From contig DATMJW010000124.1 of assembly GCA_035553355.1 (NCBI GenBank), forward strand, positions 13,209-77,208: a stretch of DNA of 64,000 bases, written 5' to 3'. The notes under the pieces were generated by a model. That model saw only the letters and a program-made list of their open reading frames with translations, was not told where the DNA came from and did not search any database. The DNA is from Gaiellaceae bacterium. GTDB taxonomy: Bacteria; Actinomycetota; Thermoleophilia; Gaiellales; Gaiellaceae. Numbering within the stretch: position 1 is the stretch's first letter; each line of letters begins with the position of its first letter. Positions 26,276 through 36,529 of this stretch are shown in pieces. Both the position numbers and the translations under genes were made by a program.

Positions 26276-27020
26276 GTGGAGGCCGAGGAGCGAATCGCGC
26301 GGCAGGACGCCGTGCGCGCGCACGTGCTCGACCTCGCCGGGTCGGACGAACGCGTCGTCGCGGCCGCTGTCGTCGGCTCGCTCGCTGGGACCGGGCGACC
26401 AGTTCTCCGACCTCGACCTGACGTTCGCCGTCGCCGACGGCGTCCCGCTCGCCGAGGTGATCGACGACTGGACTGCGCGGATGGCCGAGCTCGGTGCGAC
26501 GAACCTCTTCGACCTCCCCGTCGGGCCGACCGTGTATCGGGTGTTCCTCCTTCCGAGCCCTCTCCAGGTCGACCTTTCGTTCACACCGGCTGCCGACTTC
26601 GCGCCCGCAGGCCCGAACTGGCGGCTGCTCTTCGGGAGCGCCGGCGAGCCCGCGCACCGGGAGCCGCGGCCGGCCGGCGAGGTCGTCGGCTACGGCGCGC
26701 TGTTCGCCCTCCACGCCTGGACGAGCATCGCGCGCGGCCGCCTCTGGCAGGCCGAGCACTGGGTCACGCGCGCACGGGACGAGGCACTGGCGCTCGCCGC
26801 GCGCAGATGCGGCCTCCGCGAGAACGAGTACCGCGGCGTCGACGACCTGCCGCCGGACGTGCTGAGCCGCGCGGCGACGCGCGTGGGCGGGCTCGAACCC
26901 GCCGAGCTGCGCCGCGCGCTCCGGGCGGTGATCGAGCTCCTCCTCGCCGAGGGCGGCGCCGACGCGGCGCACGTCGCGGAACGGCTTCGCGAGCTCCTCG
27001 CGCGGCCGTCGACTGTTTAG
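26276..27020 (+). pseudogene. Nucleotidyltransferase-domain protein interrupted by a +1 frameshift near 26385-26400
   Basis: Frame from GTG 26276 gives ...DERVVAAAVVGSLAGTG, then junk. A different frame continues GDQFSDLDLTFAVADG... through a helical C-terminal domain to TAG 27020. Removing one G from the ccGGGc run (26393-95) restores GSLAGTGDQFSDLDL, the canonical GS-x-DxD NTase motif. Confidence 0.6.
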
Positions 27021-27030
27021 AGTCGCATCC

Positions 27031-28173
27031 GTGGACCTGCGGGACACACCGGAGGAGGCGGCGTTCCGCAGGGAGCTTCGCGAGTGGATCGCGGCGAACC
27101 TCACCGACGAGATCCGGCACGGCCGCTTCGACGACGCGGGCCGCGCGTGGAGCCGGAGCCTCTACGAGGCGGGGTACGCGGGCCTGACGTGGCCGAAGGA
27201 GTACGGCGGCGCGGGTGCGCCGTACAGCCACCAGGCGATCTTCCTCGAGGAGATGGCGCGCGCGGAGGCGCCGTCGCACCTCGGCGTGATCGGCCTCGGG
27301 ATGGCCGGACCCACGATCATCGCCCACGGCACCGAGGAGCAGAAGCGCCGCCACCTCGAGAAGATCCTCTCGGCCGAGGAGATCTGGTGCCAGGGGTTCT
27401 CGGAGCCTGATGCCGGCTCCGACCTCTCCGCCGTCCGCACCTCGGCGCGGCTCGACGGCGACCGGTTCGTCGTCAACGGCCAGAAGGTCTGGTCGTCGTT
27501 CGCGCACATCGCCGACTGGTGCATCCTCGTCACGCGCAGCGACGCGGAGAGCGAGCGTCACGCCGGGCTCACGTACCTGATGGTCGACATGCGCGCGCCG
27601 GGCGTCGAGGTCCGCCCGCTGCGCCAGATCACCGGCGAGGCGGAGTTCAACGAGATCTTCTTCGACGACGTAGAGGTGCCCGCCGAGAACGTGCTCGGCG
27701 AGGTCGGCGGCGGCTGGCAGGTCGCGATGACGACCCTGCTGCACGAGCGCGGCACCCTCGGCTTCGCGCTCACGGCGGCGCTCGAGTCGCAGGTGCAGAA
27801 GCTCGTGGCGCTCGCGCGCGAGCGCGGTGCGACGCCGGTGCAGCGCGATGCGATCGCGCGCGAGTGGATCGGGCTCCAGGCCGTCCGCTACACGAACTAC
27901 CGGTCGCTGACGACCTTGATGAAGACGGGCATCCCCGGCCCCGAGGGCTCCGGCTCGAAGCTGTGGTGGTCGGAGGCGAACCAGCGCGTGACGAAGCTCG
28001 CGCTGGAACTGCTCGGACCCGAGGCGCAGCTGGCGGGGCCGGACGCCGCCTGGGGCGGCTACTGGCAGCACCAGCAGCTCCGGAGCCGCGGCAACACGAT
28101 CGAGGCGGGGACGTCCGAGATCCTGCGGAACATCATCGCCGAGCGTGTGCTCGGGCTCCCGAGGTCGCGATGA
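27031..28173 (+). CDS. Acyl-CoA dehydrogenase (full-length, alpha-like partner)
   Basis: 380 aa, GTG start. CQGFSEPDAGSDL, VNGQKVWSSFAHIADW, EAGTSEILRNIIAERVLGLP. Confidence 0.9.
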   Translation: MDLRDTPEEAAFRRELREWIAANLTDEIRHGRFDDAGRAWSRSLYEAGYAGLTWPKEYGGAGAPYSHQAIFLEEMARAEAPSHLGVIGLGMAGPTIIAHGTEEQKRRHLEKILSAEEIWCQGFSEPDAGSDLSAVRTSARLDGDRFVVNGQKVWSSFAHIADWCILVTRSDAESERHAGLTYLMVDMRAPGVEVRPLRQITGEAEFNEIFFDDVEVPAENVLGEVGGGWQVAMTTLLHERGTLGFALTAALESQVQKLVALARERGATPVQRDAIAREWIGLQAVRYTNYRSLTTLMKTGIPGPEGSGSKLWWSEANQRVTKLALELLGPEAQLAGPDAAWGGYWQHQQLRSRGNTIEAGTSEILRNIIAERVLGLPRSR

Positions 28174-28186
28174 AGGCGGCGCGCTA

Positions 28187-29059
28187 GTGGAGTTCGCGTT
28201 CACGCAGGAGCAGGAGGAGCTGCGCCGGGAGGCGCGGGCGTTCCTCGACGCGAACCCGCAGGCGCCGCTCGACGAGCTGCGCGGGCTCGGCTGGCTCGGC
28301 GTCTCGGTGCCCGAGGAGCGCGGCGGCGGCGGCCTCTCGTTCCTCGACGAGGCGATCCTCTTCGAGGAGGCGGGGCGCGCCCTCTACGGCGGGCCGTTCC
28401 TGACGACCGCCGTCGTCCTCCCGGCGCTGCCGGCGGTGGACGAGCATGCATGGTCGGTCGAGCTCGACGGGCTGGTGCCGCACCTCGACGCCGTCGAGTA
28501 CGTCCTGCGCGAGTCGATGGAGGCGACTGCCGCCACCGGCGAGACGCTGCCGACGACCGACGAGACGCGGTCGCTCGGCCGCCTCGCGGCCACGACCGGA
28601 GACCCCGTCCCGGGCGACTTCGGGCCGGTGCGGCTGCGGCTGCTCGCGGCGCTCGCGCTCGAGGCGGTCGGCATCGCCGACCGCGTGCTCGAGCTCGCGG
28701 TCGAGTACGCCTCGGGCCGCCGCCAGTTCGGCCGCGTGATCGGCACCTACCAGGCCGTCTCGCACCCGCTCGCCGACACGTACGTCGAGACCGAGCTCGC
28801 CCGCTCGCTCGCCTACTGGGCGGCATGGTGCGTCGCCGAGGCCGACGAGCGAGCGCCGGTCGCGGTCGCGTCCGCGAAGTCGTTCTGCGCGGAGACCGCG
28901 GTTGCCGCCTGCGAGCGCTCGATCCAGGTGCACGGCGGCATCGGCTTCACGTGGGAGCACGTCCTGCACCGCTACTACAAGCGCGCCCAGTGGATCGACG
29001 CGTTCGGCGGCCACGCCGCCTCCCACCGCGCGACCGTCGCCGCCGCGCTACTCGACTGA
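28187..29059 (+). CDS. Short acyl-CoA dehydrogenase-family protein (beta-like partner with a reduced middle domain)
   Basis: GTG 28187 (in frame with track ORF 28145..29059), chosen because VEFAFTQEQEELRREARAFL is a typical ACAD N-terminus. 290 aa. C-terminal ...IQVHGGIGFTWEH. Confidence 0.75.
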   Translation: MEFAFTQEQEELRREARAFLDANPQAPLDELRGLGWLGVSVPEERGGGGLSFLDEAILFEEAGRALYGGPFLTTAVVLPALPAVDEHAWSVELDGLVPHLDAVEYVLRESMEATAATGETLPTTDETRSLGRLAATTGDPVPGDFGPVRLRLLAALALEAVGIADRVLELAVEYASGRRQFGRVIGTYQAVSHPLADTYVETELARSLAYWAAWCVAEADERAPVAVASAKSFCAETAVAACERSIQVHGGIGFTWEHVLHRYYKRAQWIDAFGGHAASHRATVAAALLD

Positions 29060-29067
29060 GGAGGGTC

Positions 29068-29526
29068 GTGCCGGTTCCGAAGGACGAGGTGCTCGAGCTG
29101 ATGCGGAGGGAGGTCGACCCGGCCGAGGTCGCCGAGATCCGGGAGCTCTGGAAGGCGCACTCGAAGGCGGAGGACGCGCGCTCACTGGACGGGCTGCTCG
29201 CCACGCTGACGCCCGACTGCGTCTACACCGTGTACCCGGACGACGTCTCCTGGCACGGGCACGAGGGCGCCGCGCGCTTCTACACGGAGCTGCTCACCGC
29301 CTTTCCGGACGTCGTCTTCGAGCTGCAGAACATCGTGATCGGCCCGCAGGGGGTCGTCGAGGAGGCGGTCGTCACCGGGACGCATCGCGCGAAGTGGCTC
29401 GACCAGGAGCCGACCGGGGAGCGGCTCACCTGGCGGAACGCGATCTTCTTCCCCTGGGACCGCGAGGCGCGCCTCTTCAAGGGGGAGCGCGTCTACACCG
29501 ACATGCCGAGGAGGCTTGCGTCATGA
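29068..29526 (+). CDS. SnoaL-like / NTF2-fold (ester-cyclase-type) protein
   Basis: GTG 29068 with GAGGAGG SD at 29058-64. ...FYTELLTAFPDVVFELQNIVIGPQGVVEEAVVTGTH... 152 aa. Confidence 0.75.
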   Translation: MPVPKDEVLELMRREVDPAEVAEIRELWKAHSKAEDARSLDGLLATLTPDCVYTVYPDDVSWHGHEGAARFYTELLTAFPDVVFELQNIVIGPQGVVEEAVVTGTHRAKWLDQEPTGERLTWRNAIFFPWDREARLFKGERVYTDMPRRLAS

Positions 29527-29918
29527 GCTACGCGTTCTCGTCGCTCGACGAGCTGGGCGACAACTACGGGTTCCGGAAGGTGCGGCAGGCGCTCGGCGTC
29601 AGCGCCTTCGGCGTCAACTTCGTCGTCTACCCGCCGAACCAGCGCGGGCCGGAGCACTACCACGACGTCCAGGACGAGCTCTACTTCGTCCACAGCGGGA
29701 CGGCGCGCGTCGAGGTCGGCGACGAGGAGCGCGTCGTCGGGGCCGGCGGGATCTTCCACGTCGAGTCGACCACGCCGCGGCGGATCTCGAACGCCGGCGA
29801 CGACGACCTCGTGCTCCTCGTGGTCGGCGGCAAGAACGGCTACGTCGAGCGCGACGGCCACGTCACGAGCGACGACGAGCTTCGGATCAGGCAGGGACTC
29901 GGGAAGGGAGGTGCGTGA
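29523..29918 (+). CDS. Cupin-domain protein
   Basis: ATGA overlap with the upstream stop. Cupin motifs [18 protein letters not shown] and [18 protein letters not shown]. 131 aa. Confidence 0.8.
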   Translation: MSYAFSSLDELGDNYGFRKVRQALGVSAFGVNFVVYPPNQRGPEHYHDVQDELYFVHSGTARVEVGDEERVVGAGGIFHVESTTPRRISNAGDDDLVLLVVGGKNGYVERDGHVTSDDELRIRQGLGKGGA

Positions 29919-31543
29919 TGTTGCAGGGCATGACGATGGACTACCAGCTCAACGTCGGCGCGATCGTCCGGCGGGCGGAGCAGCTCTTCGGCCACAAGGA
30001 GATCGTCACCCGGAACACGGACAAGAGCTTCCACCGCTACACCTACGCCGACTTCGTCCCCCGCTCGCGGCGGCTCGCCGCCGCGCTGCGCAAGCTCGGG
30101 CTCGAGGACGGCGACCGCGTCGGGACCTTCGCGTGGAACCACTACCGCCACCTCGAGGCGTACCTCGGGCTCCCGGCGGGAGGGCTCGTGATCCACACGC
30201 TGAACCTGCGCCTCCACCCCGACGACCTCACCTACATCGCGCAGCACGGCGGCGACCGTGCGCTGATCGTCGACAAGACGCTGTGGCCGCTCGCGGAGAA
30301 GTTCGTCGAGCGCGTCGGCTTCGAGCACGTGATCGTGATCGCGGACGACGGCGAGGTCCCGGACGGCACGATCGAGTACGAGTCGCTGCTCGCGTCCGTC
30401 GACGACGCCGACCTGGTCGAGCGCGACGTCGACGAGAGGGCCGCAGCCGCCATGTGCTACACGAGCGGCACGACCGGCCAGCCGAAGGGCGTCGTCTACT
30501 CGCACCGCGCGATCGCCGTCCACACGATCGTCGCGTGCATGGGCGGGGCGCTCGGCGTCACGGAGGCGGACGTCGTGCTCCCCGTCGTGCCGATGTTCCA
30601 CGCGAACGCGTGGGGCTTCCCGTTCCAGTGCACGCTCGCGGGCGCGACGCAGGTCTTCCCCGGGCCGCACCTCGACCCGCAGAGCCTGCTCGAGGCGTTC
30701 GAGCAGGAGAAGGTGACGATCACGGCCGGCGTCCCCACGATCTGGATGGGGATCCTCCAGATGCTGAACGCCGAGCCGGGGAAGTACGACCTCTCGTCGC
30801 TCCGCTGCATGGTCGTCGGCGGCTCCGCCGCGCCCCGCGCGATGATCGAGGGCTTCGAGGAGCGCCACGGCCTCAAGGTGCTGCACGCGTGGGGGATGAC
30901 CGAGATGGCGCCGCTCGGATCCGTCTCGGAGCTCTCCTCCGACCTGCTGCAGCTGCCGAAGGACGAGCAGTACGCGTACCGCGCGAAGCAGGGGTTCCCG
31001 GCGCCGTTCGTCGAGATCCGCGCGATGGGCGAGAACGGCGCGGTGCCGTGGGACGGGAAGACGATGGGCGAGCTCGAGGTGCGCGGGCCGTGGATCGCGT
31101 CCGGCTACTACGCGGACGACTCGCAGGCGTACCGGTGGTCGGAGGACGGGTGGTTCGCGACCGGCGACATCGTCACGATCGAGCCCAACGGCTACATCGA
31201 GATCCAGGATCGCGCCAAGGACCTCGTCAAGTCCGGCGGCGAGTGGATCTCGACCGTGGCGCTCGAGAACGCGCTGATGGGCCACCCGGCGATCGCCGAA
31301 GCCGCCGTGATCGCGGTGCCGCACGAGAAGTGGGACGAGCGGCCGCTCGCGGTGTGCGTGCTCCGCGAGGGGCAGTCGGCGACGCCCGACGAGCTGCGCG
31401 ACTTCCTCGCCCCCCACTTCGCGAAGTGGTGGCTGCCGGACGGCTTCGAGTTCGTCGACGAGATCCCGAAGACGGCGGTCGGAAAGTTCCGCAAGACGGC
31501 GCTGCGGGAGCAGTTCGCGAAGTCACCGGCGCCTGCGGCGTGA
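29918..31543 (+). CDS. Acyl-CoA synthetase (fatty-acid--CoA ligase family)
   Basis: ATG 29918 (TGATG junction). AMP-binding motif [16 protein letters not shown], ...[30 protein letters not shown]. 541 aa. Confidence 0.9.
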   Translation: MLQGMTMDYQLNVGAIVRRAEQLFGHKEIVTRNTDKSFHRYTYADFVPRSRRLAAALRKLGLEDGDRVGTFAWNHYRHLEAYLGLPAGGLVIHTLNLRLHPDDLTYIAQHGGDRALIVDKTLWPLAEKFVERVGFEHVIVIADDGEVPDGTIEYESLLASVDDADLVERDVDERAAAAMCYTSGTTGQPKGVVYSHRAIAVHTIVACMGGALGVTEADVVLPVVPMFHANAWGFPFQCTLAGATQVFPGPHLDPQSLLEAFEQEKVTITAGVPTIWMGILQMLNAEPGKYDLSSLRCMVVGGSAAPRAMIEGFEERHGLKVLHAWGMTEMAPLGSVSELSSDLLQLPKDEQYAYRAKQGFPAPFVEIRAMGENGAVPWDGKTMGELEVRGPWIASGYYADDSQAYRWSEDGWFATGDIVTIEPNGYIEIQDRAKDLVKSGGEWISTVALENALMGHPAIAEAAVIAVPHEKWDERPLAVCVLREGQSATPDELRDFLAPHFAKWWLPDGFEFVDEIPKTAVGKFRKTALREQFAKSPAPAA

Positions 31544-32229
31544 GGATCGTCGGCAGGACGTTCGTCGTCACGGGTGGCCGCTCCGGGCTCGGAGCGGCCA
31601 CCGCGGCGATGCTGGAACGCGAGGGCGCGACGGTCGTCGTCGCGGACCTGCCCGAGACGGATGTCACGGACGAGGAGGCGGTGCGGGCGCTGATCGAGCC
31701 GCTCGACGCGCTCCACGGCGCCGTCAACTGCGCCGGGATCGGCGGCGGCGCGCGCGTGATCGGGTTCCCGCTCGAGCGCTTCCGCCGCATCGTGGAGGTG
31801 AACCTGATCGGGACCTTCGTCGTGCTGTCGCAGGCGGCGGCGAAGATGGCCGAGAACGAGCCCGACGAGGAGGGGACGCGCGGCGTGATCGTGAACACGG
31901 CGTCGAACGCCGCGTTCGACGGCCAGATCGGCCAGGCCGCCTACAGCGCGTCGAAGGCGGGAGTCGCCGGGATGACGCTTCCGGTCGCGCGCGACCTCGC
32001 CTCGAAGGGGATCCGCGTCTGCACGATCGCGCCGGGGCCGTCGGACACGCCGATGCTGGGGCCGATGCGCGACGACATCCGCGAGAGCCTCGTCTCGCAG
32101 ATCCCCTTCCCGAAGCGGCTGGGGCGCGCGGAGGACTTCGCCGCCCTCGTCAAGCACATCGTCGAGAACGACTACCTGAACGGCGAGACCATCCGCCTCG
32201 ACGGGGCGCTGCGGATGGCGCCGAGGTGA
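31540..32229 (+). CDS. 3-hydroxyacyl-CoA dehydrogenase type-2-like SDR
   Basis: GTGA overlap. [23 protein letters not shown], ...[13 protein letters not shown]. 229 aa. Confidence 0.8.
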   Translation: MRIVGRTFVVTGGRSGLGAATAAMLEREGATVVVADLPETDVTDEEAVRALIEPLDALHGAVNCAGIGGGARVIGFPLERFRRIVEVNLIGTFVVLSQAAAKMAENEPDEEGTRGVIVNTASNAAFDGQIGQAAYSASKAGVAGMTLPVARDLASKGIRVCTIAPGPSDTPMLGPMRDDIRESLVSQIPFPKRLGRAEDFAALVKHIVENDYLNGETIRLDGALRMAPR

Positions 32230-32245
32230 CCGAGACAGGAGGCAC

Positions 32246-33034
32246 ATGGGCGATTTCGTGAAGGTCGAGAGGGACGGGGCGGTCGGCGTGATCACGCTCG
32301 ACCACCCACCGGTGAACGCACTGTCGGCGCAGCTCCTGCAGGAGCTCGAGGCGGAGTACGACGCGCTCGACCGGTCGGACGAGACGGGGGCGATCGTGAT
32401 CCGCGGCGCCGGCGAGAAGGCATTCGTCGCCGGCGCGGACATCTCCGAGTTCCCCGCGCTGCGCGAGGCGGCGGCCGAGGCTGCCGAGCAGGGCTCGGCC
32501 CGCGGCATCCAGAAGCTCGCGTTCCGGATGGACGCCGGCCGCACCGCCACGATCGCGCAGATCCACGGCTACTGCCTCGGCGGCGGCCTCGAGCTCGCGA
32601 TGGCGTGCGACCTCCGGGTCGCGGCGGAGGACGCGCAGCTCGGGCAGCCGGAGATCAAGCTCGGCCTGATCCCGGGCGGCGGCGGCACGCAGCGTCTCCC
32701 CCGGCTCGTCGGCCACGGCCGCGCACTCCTGCTCAACCTGACCGGAGATCCGATCTCCGGCCGGCAGGCGTACGAGTGGGGGCTCGTCGAGAAGGTCGTG
32801 CCGCGGGCGGAGCTCGAGGCGGCGACGCTCGAGCTCGCGACGACGCTCTCGCAGCGCTCGCCGCACGCGACGGCGGTGATCAAGGAGCTCGCGGCCGCCA
32901 CGCGCGACCTGCCGCTCGCCGACGGGATGCGACGCGAGGCGCAGGCGTTCATGCGCTGCCTCGCGAGCGAGGACGGCGCCGAGGGCGTCGCCGCCTTCCT
33001 CGAGAAGCGCCAGCCGCAGTTCACCGGCCGCTAG
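32246..33034 (+). CDS. Enoyl-CoA hydratase/isomerase (crotonase)
   Basis: 262 aa. ITLDHPPVNAL, FVAGADISEF, GYCLGGGLELAMACD. Confidence 0.9.
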   Translation: MGDFVKVERDGAVGVITLDHPPVNALSAQLLQELEAEYDALDRSDETGAIVIRGAGEKAFVAGADISEFPALREAAAEAAEQGSARGIQKLAFRMDAGRTATIAQIHGYCLGGGLELAMACDLRVAAEDAQLGQPEIKLGLIPGGGGTQRLPRLVGHGRALLLNLTGDPISGRQAYEWGLVEKVVPRAELEAATLELATTLSQRSPHATAVIKELAAATRDLPLADGMRREAQAFMRCLASEDGAEGVAAFLEKRQPQFTGR

Positions 33035-33038
33035 AGCG

Positions 33039-33953
33039 GTGCGCGCCGCCGTCCTCCACGAGTTCGGAGGCGCGCTCGCGCTCGAGGACGTCCCGGAGCC
33101 GCAGGCGGGGGACGGGCAGGCGATCGTCGACGTGCGCGCCGCGGGGATCAACTTCGCCGACGTGCTCGTCCGGCAGGGCCGGTACCCGCAGCCGCCCCCG
33201 CTCCCGACGATCCTCGGCAACGAGGTCGCCGGGGAGATCGGGGGCAGACGGGTCCTCGCGTTCGTGCGCCAGTCGGGCGGCGGGTACGCCGAGCGCGTCG
33301 CCGTCGACGACACCTGGGTTTTCGACCTGCCGCGCGGTGCCACGTTCGCCGAGGGCGCGTCGTTCCTGACGACGTTCCTGACGGCCTTCGTCCCGCTCAC
33401 GCGCCAGGCGCGGGTCGGGCCGGGGTCGCACGTGCTCGTCACCGCCGCGGCCGGCGGCGTCGGCACGGCCGCGCTCCAGCTCGCGGTCTTCATGGGCGCG
33501 CGCGTGACAGCCGCCGCAGGATCCGAGGAGAAGCGGGCGCTCGCGCTCGAGCTCGGCGCCGCGGTGGCGATCCCGTACGAGGAGATCGCGGCGCTCCGCG
33601 ACGTGGACGTCGCTCTCGACCCCGTCGGCGGCCCCGTCTTCTCCGCCTGTCTCGGCGCGCTGAAGCCGCTCGGCGTGGCGATCGGCATCGGCTTCGCGGG
33701 CGGCCCGTGGGAGCCTCTCGACCCCGCGCGCCTCGTCGGCCGCAACACGGGTGCACTCGGCTTCTATCTCGGGCGGCTGATGTCGTTCGAGCCGGAGCTC
33801 GTCCGCAGCGACGCGGTCGAGCTGCTCGAGCTCTGGAAGCGCGGGCTCGTCCGGCCGCACGTCGGCGCGACCTTCGCGCTCGACGAGGTGAACGAGGCGC
33901 ACGACCTCGTCGCGTCGCGGCGCTCGGTCGGGAAGGTCGTCCTTGTTCCCTGA
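33039..33953 (+). CDS. Quinone-oxidoreductase-like medium-chain (zinc-ADH superfamily) reductase
   Basis: 304 aa. INFADVLVRQGRYP, VLVTAAAGGVGTAALQLA, GKVVLVP. Confidence 0.8.
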   Translation: MRAAVLHEFGGALALEDVPEPQAGDGQAIVDVRAAGINFADVLVRQGRYPQPPPLPTILGNEVAGEIGGRRVLAFVRQSGGGYAERVAVDDTWVFDLPRGATFAEGASFLTTFLTAFVPLTRQARVGPGSHVLVTAAAGGVGTAALQLAVFMGARVTAAAGSEEKRALALELGAAVAIPYEEIAALRDVDVALDPVGGPVFSACLGALKPLGVAIGIGFAGGPWEPLDPARLVGRNTGALGFYLGRLMSFEPELVRSDAVELLELWKRGLVRPHVGATFALDEVNEAHDLVASRRSVGKVVLVP

Positions 33954-34620
33954 GACGGCGGTCGTGACGGGCTCGCGCGGCGGCATCGGCTCGGCGCTCG
34001 TGGCGCGGCTCGAGTCGGAGGGCGCGCAGGTGCGCGGCCTCGACCTCGTCGACGGCTTCGACGTGTCCGATCCGGACGCGTGGACGGCGATCGAGCCGGC
34101 CGACCTGGTCGCGCTGAACGCGGGGGTCCTCGCGCTCGGCGACGGCTCGATCGAGGACTACCGGCGGGTCCTCGCGGTGAACGTGGACGGCGTCGTCTTC
34201 GGCGTGCAGTCGCTCGCGCCGCGGATGCGGCCGGGCAGCGCCTTCGTCGTGACGTCGTCGCTCGCAGGGCTGATCCCGATGCCGAGCGACCCGCTCTACT
34301 CACTGACGAAGCACGCCGTGCTCGGATTCGCACGCTCGGTGGCGCCGGAGCTCGCGGAGCGCGGGATCCGGATCAACGCCGTCTGCCCCGGCATCGTGCG
34401 GACGCCGATGTCCGCACCGGTGCAGGACCGGCTCAGCGCGGACGGGTTCCCGCTGCTCGAGCCCGAGGACGTCGCGGAGGCGATCCTCGCGGCGGCGCGC
34501 GCCGACGAGACGGGGCAGGCGTGGGTCTGCCAGCCGGGCCGCGAGCCCCTCCTCTTCCGGTTCCCGAACGTGCCAGGCCCGCGCGTGGCGGGCGCGGAGG
34601 GGAAGGTGCCGGCGCTGTGA
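33943..34620 (+). CDS. SDR-family oxidoreductase
   Basis: TTG start overlapping the QOR end by 11 nt. [22 protein letters not shown]. 225 aa. Confidence 0.75.
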   Translation: MFPETAVVTGSRGGIGSALVARLESEGAQVRGLDLVDGFDVSDPDAWTAIEPADLVALNAGVLALGDGSIEDYRRVLAVNVDGVVFGVQSLAPRMRPGSAFVVTSSLAGLIPMPSDPLYSLTKHAVLGFARSVAPELAERGIRINAVCPGIVRTPMSAPVQDRLSADGFPLLEPEDVAEAILAAARADETGQAWVCQPGREPLLFRFPNVPGPRVAGAEGKVPAL

Positions 34621-35615
34621 GGCTCGGTCTACAGCTCGGGTACGACGACCCGGTCGGGGCGGTCGCGCTCGGGCAGGAGGCCGACCGCCTCGGGTTCCAC
34701 TCCGTGTGGACGTCCGAGGCGTGGGGCGCGGACGCGGTCACCGTCGCGTCGTGGATCGCCGCCACGACCGAGCGGATCGGGATCGGCACGGCGATCATGC
34801 AGATGCCGGCGCGGACGCCCGCTGCGACCGCGATGACCGTCGCGTCGCTCGACCACCTCTCGGGCGGGCGCGTCCTCCTCGGCCTCGGCACGTCCGGACC
34901 ACAGGTCGTCGAGGGCTGGCACGGCGTCGCCTGGGGAAAGCCGCTGCGGCGCACGCGCGAGTACGTCGAAATCGTCCGCACCGCCCTCGCACGGCAGAGC
35001 CTCGAGCACCACGGCGAGCACTACGACATCCCCTACAGCGGCGCCGACGCGACCGGCCTCGGGAAGCCGCTGAAGCTCATCCTGCGGCCGCTGCGGCGCG
35101 ACGTCCCGATCTACCTCGCCGCGCTCGGCCCGAAGAACGTCGCTCTCGCCGCCGAGATCGCCGAGGGCTGGCTGCCGATCTTCCTCTCCCCCGAGCGGAT
35201 GGCGGCGGTGCACGGGCCGTCGCTCGCGGATGCGCGCGAGGGGTTCGACGTCGCGCCGCTCGTCCTCACCGTGCTGAGCGACGACGTCCAGGCGGGGCGC
35301 GACTTCCTGAAGCCGGTGCTCGCGCTCTACGTCGGTGGGATGGGCGCGCGCGAGCAGAACTTCTACAACCGGCTCGCGTGCCGGTACGGCTACGAGGACG
35401 CGGCGCGGAAGATCCAGGATCTCTACCTCGACGGGCACAAGCGCGACGCGGCGGCCGCCGTCCCGGACGCGCTCGTCGACGAGGTCACGCTCGTCGGGCC
35501 GAAGGAGCGGATCGCCGAGAGGCTCGACGCGTGGCGCGAATGCGGAGCGACGACCTTGATCGCGCAGGCGCGCCAGCCGGAGGCGCTGCGCGCGCTCGCG
35601 GAGCTCCTCCTGTGA
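34617..35615 (+). CDS. Luciferase-like monooxygenase (LLM) class, probable F420-dependent oxidoreductase
   Basis: GTGA overlap. RLGLQLGY...[22 protein letters not shown]...[16 protein letters not shown]. 332 aa. Confidence 0.8.
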   Translation: MRLGLQLGYDDPVGAVALGQEADRLGFHSVWTSEAWGADAVTVASWIAATTERIGIGTAIMQMPARTPAATAMTVASLDHLSGGRVLLGLGTSGPQVVEGWHGVAWGKPLRRTREYVEIVRTALARQSLEHHGEHYDIPYSGADATGLGKPLKLILRPLRRDVPIYLAALGPKNVALAAEIAEGWLPIFLSPERMAAVHGPSLADAREGFDVAPLVLTVLSDDVQAGRDFLKPVLALYVGGMGAREQNFYNRLACRYGYEDAARKIQDLYLDGHKRDAAAAVPDALVDEVTLVGPKERIAERLDAWRECGATTLIAQARQPEALRALAELLL

Positions 35616-36529
35616 GGGAAGCGCTCGCGCAGGCTCTGGGAGAGCCGGTCGAGCGGGCGGTGCTGCTCGCCGGCGGCGCGTCCAAGGAGGCGTGGGCGGT
35701 CGACGCCGGCGGCCGCGAGCTGCTCGTCCGGCGCGCGGCAGGGGGCGTGATCCATCGTGGCACCCTCACGCTCGAGCGGGAGTTCGAGGTGCTGCGGGCG
35801 GCGCACGAGGCAGGGGTGAAGGTGCCGGAGCCGATCGCGTACCTCGGCGAGGTCGACGGGCGCGAGGCGTTCGTGATGGCGCGCGTGCGCGGCGAGACGA
35901 TCGGCCGGCGGATCGTGAAGGCGCCGCCCCCGGGGCTCGACGTGCAGCTCGCCGACGAGCTCGCGAAGATCCACGCGGTCCCGCCGGCACGGCTCCCGTT
36001 CCTGCACGAGGTGGATCCGGTCGCGCGGTTCTACGAGGAGCTCGACTCGGTCGGCGAGCCACACCCCGCGATCGAGCTCGGCCTGCACTGGGTGAAGGAG
36101 CGGCTTCCGCGCCACCGCGAGCCGGTCGTCCTGCACGGCGACTGGCGCATCGGCAACGTCGCCGTCGACGCGGACGGGCTCGTCGCGGTCCTCGACTGGG
36201 AGTTCGCGCATCTCGGCGATCCCGCCGAGGACCTCTGCTGGCCGCTCGTCCGCGCGTGGCGCTTCGGCGTCGACGACCGCCGCCTCGGCGGCATCGGCGC
36301 CGCCGAGCCGTACCTCGCGCGCTACGCGGAGTCGACGGGCGTCGAGGTCTCTGCGGAGGAAGCGGTCGTGTGGGAGGTCTTCGGGAACGTCAAGTGGGCG
36401 ATCGGCTGCCTGACGCAGTCGCGGCGCCACCTGAACGGGCAGGAGCGCTCGGTCGAGCTCGCGGTGCTCGGGCGCCTCGCCGCGGAGATGGAGTACGAGC
36501 TGCTCGACCTGATCGAGCGCGCGGCGTGA
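35612..36529 (+). CDS. APH-fold phosphotransferase of the ACAD10/11-N-terminal / LvaA-like type
   Basis: GTGA overlap. [34 protein letters not shown]. 305 aa. Confidence 0.8.
   Translation: MREALAQALGEPVERAVLLAGGASKEAWAVDAGGRELLVRRAAGGVIHRGTLTLEREFEVLRAAHEAGVKVPEPIAYLGEVDGREAFVMARVRGETIGRRIVKAPPPGLDVQLADELAKIHAVPPARLPFLHEVDPVARFYEELDSVGEPHPAIELGLHWVKERLPRHREPVVLHGDWRIGNVAVDADGLVAVLDWEFAHLGDPAEDLCWPLVRAWRFGVDDRRLGGIGAAEPYLARYAESTGVEVSAEEAVVWEVFGNVKWAIGCLTQSRRHLNGQERSVELAVLGRLAAEMEYELLDLIERAA

Noticed and set aside
28145-28186. ATG at 28145 as the start of the second ACAD (29-nt overlap with the first).
   Set aside because: The extension (MCSGSRGRDEGGAL) is off-frame-like. GTG 28187 gives the typical ACAD N-terminus (EFAFTQEQEELR) 13 nt after the upstream stop.
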